The notes beneath the pieces were generated by a model. It had not been told where the DNA came from and searched no databases. It was given only the letters and a program-made list of their open reading frames with translations. Below are positions 56,561 through 64,000 of a DNA stretch of 64,000 nt, piece by piece (the first letter of the stretch is position 1; each line of letters starts with the position of its first letter). The translations under genes and the position numbers were made by a program. The stretch is from Iphione sp. A-MEVVRFRX5 (Eukaryota). The stretch is from NCBI GenBank assembly GCA_976226885.1, contig OZ320315.1:81282001-81346000 (forward strand). The letters run 5' to 3'.

Positions 56561-59500
56561 GTAGTAGAGTTTACAAACCTTTGATAGGCCCACGGTAAGA
56601 CCCGCGACAGTGTGATTTAAATGTAATTACAATCAAACTTTGATAGATTAGGAACGACCAGCTGTGACAGAAAGGACAGCGGTTAGATAGTCCCATATCC
56701 ATTTCTACATTTACCTTACGATACGTTACTTTCTGAAACCAGTTCTAAAATGCTCTGCAGTTAGATAAATGTGGAGTCCTAATTAGGTGTTGTTAGTTTT
56801 AATGTTATTTCATGGTAGGGGTATAAAGTATCTAGCGAATTTTATCTGTGAGTGAACTGGACAGGGTACCAAATAGGAGGTATGCATTATCCATGTCACA
56901 TCGCGTCGGTGATCCATTGAAACCACATATTGTGGGATCTGTTGTACTGATAACCATAAAAAAACCGTAAAAACACTTCCTCGAGCTTTAAAAACCTGAA
57001 ATTATCATTTTGTTGTTCGTGTAAAGCAGTTTTCATAACCAAAAACGGACAACCCTTATACACAGGAACATCATTGTGCGATGGCATGTTGGATCTCACA
57101 ACTGTCGCATCGTCCGTTGTCCAGCCAACCAAACTAATTGAGGCTGACAGAGTGGATTGAGTCAATAGCAGGCCAGGTGAAGGCTAGACAGAAATAACCA
57201 CAGCGAGGCGACCGGCTAGTCTCTTCTGTTTATTGGATCGAATCCTTGGGGACCGGGACATTCCCTTTCAATGCACTGTATTGTGGTCAGTTGACTGTGG
57301 TCAGTAAAAGTTCTTTATTATAGTGGACACGCACAACTTTCTACAAGTAAGATGCGGAATCGCTTCGTCCCCACTATTGAGTACAAACAGGGGAATATTT
57401 TCGTTTGGGATTTGGCCTACACTGTTCGCATGTGAACAAAATTTTGAAGTGAAAGTATGGTTGTAAGTAGTCTATGGAAATATGCCTTTGTTGCACAATC
57501 AATCTTACTGTAGAAATATGTCTTCTGCACTGAAGAAATGAGCGACAATACGAAAGAAAATCGATATGTTAGAACTGGACATATCTGTATGTTCCCGTTC
57601 ATGTGTGCCTTTCAATAAAGCAGAAAGGCTTCTAATCTGTGATATCATCGCGAGACTCAGAAGAACAGCGGATACTTTTTTGTGCATTATTGAAGCGGGG
57701 AACACCGAGCCACATTTGATATCACTCTTCTTCGGTGCACCCGGATATGATCAGTCCATCAGGGAAATACTATATCCCAGACTCCTATGACCAAGTCGAT
57801 TTATATCTCAAAGAAGGCGAAATTAAAATGATTCATTCAAGCTCTTCCATCAACAGTGCAGACGACAATTCCCGTTTCGTCGGTTAACGCTGGTCAGCAC
57901 CGGTCATCCCTGCGCGTCTGTCGTCGAGCCGGAACCTTCTAACACCCCCTCCTCCAATTTATCCGACGCCGTTCGGAAAGGATAGAATTTCTGCTGACTT
58001 TGCAAAATCGGATTCACACAAGACACCTCCTCGATGCTTGGGTGAATGCTGCAGACTGGTTGCGCTTTCCCCTCCCGTTCTCCATCTCAGCCTTACGGTC
58101 GTTGCCATCGCAACAATAGGATTCCCCTCCTGGCAGCCATGAGTGGAGCCCTGGCCATCAGCCCCGCTCCTACTTAGCAGCCAGTCGTGCGTAAGACGAT
58201 AGCTCCCATCTGGTACTTTGTATTGCGCTAAGCAAGGCTGCTAATTAGGGTTTTAGCGTTGCAGAGCTTATGCGTCCCGGCCGGGGAGTCGCGACGCGTT
58301 GGGTCTATGGGGAGAGAGGAACAATACTGGGAGCGGAGACTCCGGAGAAGGTCTCGCTTCATGAAGATATTTTTCCTAATCGGAAGGGCGCACCCACTGC
58401 CATGGGCCTACTTGGTTGCGTGCCCAGTTGGCCGCCCTCTGCGTGGCCTTATATAAGAGATGTCTAGTAGCGTGTTAATTAAAGGTTAATTTCGGGCCGC
58501 AGCCAGTCGACAGACCACGGGCAGACAGATCCAGCTGCTGCTGGCTGGGTCAGGGACATTCTCCGGGGAATGACCGGATTCCGTAGGGTCTGCACCGAAT
58601 CACACGTCACACTGCCCGCTTCCACCGTCTGGTTGCATTACAGTAACGTTCCGGGTTCGTGCCGGCGCCACAGGTGGCGCGGCTGCTGCTGTAGCAAACC
58701 AGGCAGGGATTGGGCGCGAGTAGGCAACGGGAAAGGCCGCAGTGCTCTGGGAGACGGTCGGGTAGGCACACGCAGGGTAGCGAGCGGGGCCGGCAGCTTG
58801 CAGGGAGTGGTCTGGGTAGAGAGGTTGGCAGAGGAGGTGGTGATGGGCTAGGGGGGCGGGAAGAAGGATCGACAAAGAGAGAGGGACAGACAGAAAAGGG
58901 GTGGAAGACAGAGAGCATTGGTGGGAGAAACGAGAGGCCCGTATGGTGTTAAGAAAGGGAGGACCGGGGAGCACTGCACTCACAAGACCTCACTCTGAGC
59001 TCAATACACTTGCACCTGTAGGCTCGCACGGATTACTAGAGCTGTATATCACCCGTTGTCTGTAACAAGGGGACCACCATTTCTCGCTGCATCGCCGTCA
59101 ACAACAGAGAAGCTCGAAACCAACCAGTGAAACAGGACGAGGAGGAGGACGACAGAAAAAAAGAGCTTCGGAGGGACACAGGCCCAGTGTCCTACAAAGA
59201 GGTAGGTGAGATACGCTAGTACATATGTGACCGACTCGGTGCTGCTCACCTGAGCAGCACACACCTGACTGACTGATACATCAAAGAAAAAGCCGCTCAT
59301 CACAAACCAACGCCATGCTGGTTAGCGGGGCAACGTTGCGGCGGCACCATATACACCAGGGGTGCATTTGCCTTTGGAGTCTAACAGATAATCGCTATAA
59401 TGAATTCTATTTCCTATACGAACCAGGTCTTCCTCTTCAGCACTTTCTGTCATTTCTGTCTTATCAGTGAGCCCCATGGGGTGTTATAGTAGATGTGAAA

Positions 59501-62500
59501 CTGATAAAACCCTGGGCCATTTTACGGCCAGCTGGGGAGTGGCGAGTGGGACTTCACACCGCAAACTTCATCCTCGATATCAGGGAACGTTATGCTGGGG
59601 TCCTTGTAGTTCAGTGCACGCCCGCGCCAGTGTATAATGAAGGCTGGCCACGTGGGGAGAAACCGAAGGTGGAATGATGATAGGATGGATGACAGATAGG
59701 CTCGGGAGCTGGTCAGAAGTCGCTCTCATGAGAGGTGAAGTGGATGAGGTGAAGGTGGAGATGGACGAGACGAAGGCGCTTGAAGCTGAATGCCACCATA
59801 ACCTGATTGATCTGGTCCTTCGTCCGAGGACGTCGCACACTCTAATTGTGGCCGGTCGATCGGCCACGGCTCCGTCCATTGTGACGAGCCGTGCGAGCGG
59901 GATGCTATCTGGTATTTTTGTTAACTGATGGGCTGGGCAAATATTTACATATTTGGTGTGCCTTCTGTCACCACCAGGCTCGCTCACCGCAGGCCTCTCC
60001 GTTCCAGTTAAAGCGCTCTTTGGCATCGACGGTTTCCTGCGAGAAAAGAGGTCAGGGTTACGAAGGGATGGACTCTCTGTCAAGGTAGCAAAAGTGATCG
60101 ACTTTATAAATATTTAACTTTCTAATCACATATAGCTTCTAAAGCTCGTTTAATGAAAAAAGAGAGTTACACGTATGTTGCGCACGGTCGGTCCAACCTT
60201 CAAGTATCCCGAAAAATCTTAACATGCTGATGTGAGAAAATTACATCTCTACATCGTACGTAACCAAATTAGTTCCCCTCCTGAGATAAAAGTTAGCCGC
60301 AGAAAATCAGCTGCTATAAGTTGCCATTCATGGAGGAGGCTTTGATGGATCTGGCAGCTGGGACGACTACGAGGCCCTGAATGATTTACAGCCCGTCCTC
60401 ATGGTGACATTTCCCTGCACTTCTCATGCCTTAGTTGCCGCTCCGAGCTTCGTACGCACAATAATGAGCCCGTTTTACCCGAGACATCCCAGGCGCCTGA
60501 ATCACGAGCATTAAATTAGAATTGTTCCAGGTCGTTTTAAATAGGACGCTGTATGGTTATGGTCGTTACGACTACAGGGGATTTGTAACGTTTGCTGACG
60601 TATACATGGAATAATACATTTGGTTAATTTTGGCTAATCTCATATTCGGCAGATGGGGAAGGCGGATTGTTTCGGATCCTGTTGTTCTTAGGCAAAACAT
60701 TAAAATGCTTATGGCATGCTGGTAATGTTTTTATAAAACCTGATTTTCAACCGTGGACTCTTGGATGGTGTCCTTGGTTGCTCCCTGCAGTAGTCTACAC
60801 ACAATAAATCACTATCTCTTTCGGAAGGTGCTTTGCCCCTTCGCTGACTTTAAATAGATTCTTTCATCTTTTTGTACACAGGAGACGGACTCCTATACAA
60901 TCTTGGTTTTTATATAAGTCCTCCAGTAAGCAAGAACGCCAGAATTCATGGACGTCTGTGCAATAGTTCTTGTGCGTGACCTGCAGACCCCTGGAGTCTA
61001 TCCATCTAGCATCTACTGCTCAAGTCCAATAACAGGCAGGGCCATCTCGGAGTTAAGGTTCAAAATGTTGCCGTGATTACATCGATTATATAGGCAGGAA
61101 CAAGAACCTGGCCGGACGTCACGCAAATGGGACACGACACTGTTTGTGGAGGGCCGATTCCTGATGCCCATACCATCATGTACGTGCGTGCGTGCGCGTG
61201 TTTGCTCGAGTATCGGTGCTTGCGTGCATGTTTGTGTGCGAGCAGGATGCAGAAAGAAAGATTTGTCGGCCTGTTTCCAAACCTATTTTCCCTTTGATTT
61301 TGACCTAGGAAATGTAGAGGTAAAACAAAGTTTAGTATTACTCTTGGTATATTTTTTCCCTGCAACTTGCTTGCCTACTTATAGAGAAGTAAAATACGGT
61401 ATAGTAAATACAGATGTACTACACGAGTGTGCTCTCCTGTGATTAAAGGATCTAAAAAAACGTAAAACAACCTGTATACAAATATATGTATATACCTGAT
61501 TATAAAGTATGCATCTGTACCTCTATCTCTCGTAAAGAACTTTGTGACAAGAGCATGATCTTCCATTTGTTAACGCTTACGTAATATCGCTCCATGCAAT
61601 AACTTGAGCTGAGCACATCGGGAGTTGTGACAGCCACTGGTTTCACTTTCACGCCTAATTTGTACACATTTTATCTTTCAAATCGAATTCCTCAAATGCC
61701 ACTACATGAAGGGAACACAAGAACCCCTCAACGACCCCGATTAATTCAGGAACATTTCAAATGTCCTCCCGCCAATCAATAGAGATAATCCGATGCGTGT
61801 GAATGGCCTATCTAGTCATCGAGTGAAATTAATTATTTTGCAATTCGCGGGTCTTGATTTTGAGGGAGATTAATCCAATGGATTGGATCATTGTATGACC
61901 TCAAGGCCTAATCAGCCTTCGGTATTTGAAGCAATAATATTAACCTGAGACAAAGTGAAATAATTTTATGTTCCGTCTAGGATGTGGAACGGCTGCTTAA
62001 ATCCGTTGAAACGATCACATTTTGGCCGTTGTGGGAGGTAACTCCAAAGCTGAGGTTCATATGATGGCAATCGTTTATGTAGCTTTGTATCAGAGAAAAA
62101 ATACAAAGGGGATTAGAATTAAATATACAGCCTTCCAGTTTTGATTCGATACAGGCTTTCATTATAGACAAAGATAATGTCAATAAAAATAGCTCTACAC
62201 AGACAGCAAGAATGCGCCGGCCTTGGCTTATGGCGGCACTGTGTAAAAAATGGCTTGGTGTCATCTGAGCGAGAATAAAAGGAGTATGTAAAGAACATGC
62301 CGCTCCTATTGTAGAATCATTCAAAAGTGTGACAGAGCCATTTCAGTCCACGACTGAATGTCGTCTGCTTGAGATCTATGGACACTCAAGGAACAGTTTG
62401 AAGACAATTGCCTCATTGTTAGAAGTCGACATCAGATCCGTCGCAAATTAGACATGATGTTCTAATGGGAAAGGTAGTATAACTAAGAGGGTTGAAGCAG

Positions 62501-63569
62501 TGGCACATGAAAATTAGAAGATCCGTCTGGAAGCGCTTTTTGTCAAATAATTTGTAAAGCAATGTGTAGTATTCATTGAAAAAATTGAGTAGGCCTGTCC
62601 TGGCGGCCCATTTTTTATGGATACAGTGCAAACTTTACAGGTAAGCTACTTACACATTTAACAATATTCTGTCAAAGGATAACACAAGACGGACTTTAAC
62701 ATGCTATTTATTATTCACACGCGATCACTACTCGTAATCAGACAGTGCTGCGATGCAGAAAGCCTAGACCACATTCATCACTATATTTAGAGTGAAGTGT
62801 TTCTCTCCTGGGAGGCCGACCGGCAGCTCGAAATAGATATAAATAATGAAGAACAATGTGGGTGAGAAACTGCAGAAGAACTAGGCGAAGAAACTCTAGG
62901 TCACTGTCTCACACTAGATTCGTCAACCTTCAATCCCCACAGATATACTGCTTTGCAGGGCATGAAACACATTCGTATGCCTAAAAATGTGACTGCATTA
63001 CCTTTTTACACTGTAAGAAATTGATACACACCATTGTATGTTCTGAATAAGTGTAAATAAAGAAATCCAATTCAATTCAACTCAAACTGAAGATCCACAC
63101 TCTTTATTGTCACTACAGGTACATGCTTGTGCAGACTCGAGCACGACTTGTAAGCTGACAGAATAGAATTCCCCGACGGTGCGTCGCTCTTGCAATAGAT
63201 TTGGGTGCTTATCCTAAATCGTGTCCGAGTCTTCTAGATCTGCTGGCCGTGCATTCCCGCTGGAATGGCGATACGATAAAGACCGAAAAAATGGACGTCG
63301 GATTTATGAATCGTAGACCCCATTTCAGACAGAAATGGGCTCTTGTGTGGCATTCCTACAGACGCTGTCGTAGTTGGCCTTCCGCCAAGTGGTCGAGCCC
63401 ACGGACTCATGCTCCACGCTCAATTAGATCAAGACTTTAATTAGATGTACGAGTCATTGATCACATCACTGGTTTCCTTCCACTGCCGACCACTCGGGTA
63501 TGGTGTAAGTCTATTGTTTTCAACCGGGGCGGAGTATATATATATTTATTATCCTTCGACCTTATTATC

Positions 63570-64000
63570 CGCCCGCGGCTGGCGGCGAGCGGGGGTCTAA
63601 TAGCCGCTCCACCACGCAGCCAGGCCCGCTGTATTAAGAGCCGCCGTCGGCTGCCGTTAGTGGTCGCTTCTCACCAGGCAATCGGACTCGATAGCAGCCG
63701 CCGAGAGCCCGCCCGCCCGCCGACCTGATCATGGGGGTCACCGCCCGCAATATGGTTGACTAGGGGAGACGCCACCGCCACCGCGGCCGTCGCGCGCACT
63801 CCACCGCTCACGGCGTGTGCGCGGCGGGGGCGGCGGCGGCGGCGACGACGGCGATGGCGATGGCGATGGTGGCAAACGGTTCGATGGGAGCGCTATTGCC
63901 GATTCTCCGTCGTGGTAAACAGGGAACCGGTATATTGCAAGGCCGGGGCCAACGACCGCCGGGATAAAAGCTGCAAGGGTAAATATTCGGTGCGGGGGAG
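63570..64000. promoter_or_regulatory. GC/CpG-rich island, probably promoter or 5' UTR of a neighbouring gene
   Basis: High GC and CpG content with (GGC)n and (GCGATG)n tracts, similar in style to the DAG1 5' UTR; no CDS recognised. Confidence 0.45.

Noticed and set aside
57566-57790. 74-aa ORF MLELDISVCS...
   Set aside because: Short, no recognisable motif and no supporting splice structure.
1-64000. CRISPR arrays, rRNA, tRNA and prokaryotic defence systems
   Set aside because: No repeat-spacer arrays or RNA-gene signatures seen; the sequence is intron-containing animal DNA.

Overview
Animal (probably invertebrate metazoan) genomic DNA with spliceosomal introns; nothing prokaryotic and no CRISPR, rRNA or tRNA recognised. 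Three host genes lie on the + strand: dystroglycan (DAG1, 2 coding exons, 5502-15522), an APMAP/strictosidine-synthase-like gene (7 supported exons, 22989-33305, 5' end uncertain) and a PACC1/TMEM206 proton-activated chloride channel homolog (8 exons, 40851-46752, 350 aa). Two intact, apparently young retrotransposons are inserted among them. (1) A 6.1 kb CR1/L2-group LINE sits in an APMAP intron and has an unusual three-ORF layout: ORF1 (coiled coil + L1-type RRM/CTD) fused to a NADAR/YbiA domain, a stand-alone SGNH esterase ORF, and APE-RT. (2) A 4.1 kb Ngaro-type tyrosine-recombinase retrotransposon with split direct repeats has gag and pol in one frame, separated by a single UGA in the leaky UGA-CUA context, and its recombinase ORF lies behind a strong splice acceptor. 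The distal part holds a pogo/Tigger-like MITE, a decayed LINE 3' fragment, an unidentified decayed coding region and a GC-rich island at the right edge. The two strongest candidates for new biology are the NADAR-carrying LINE and the stop-codon readthrough in the Ngaro element. All homology calls are by motif recognition from memory, not database searches.
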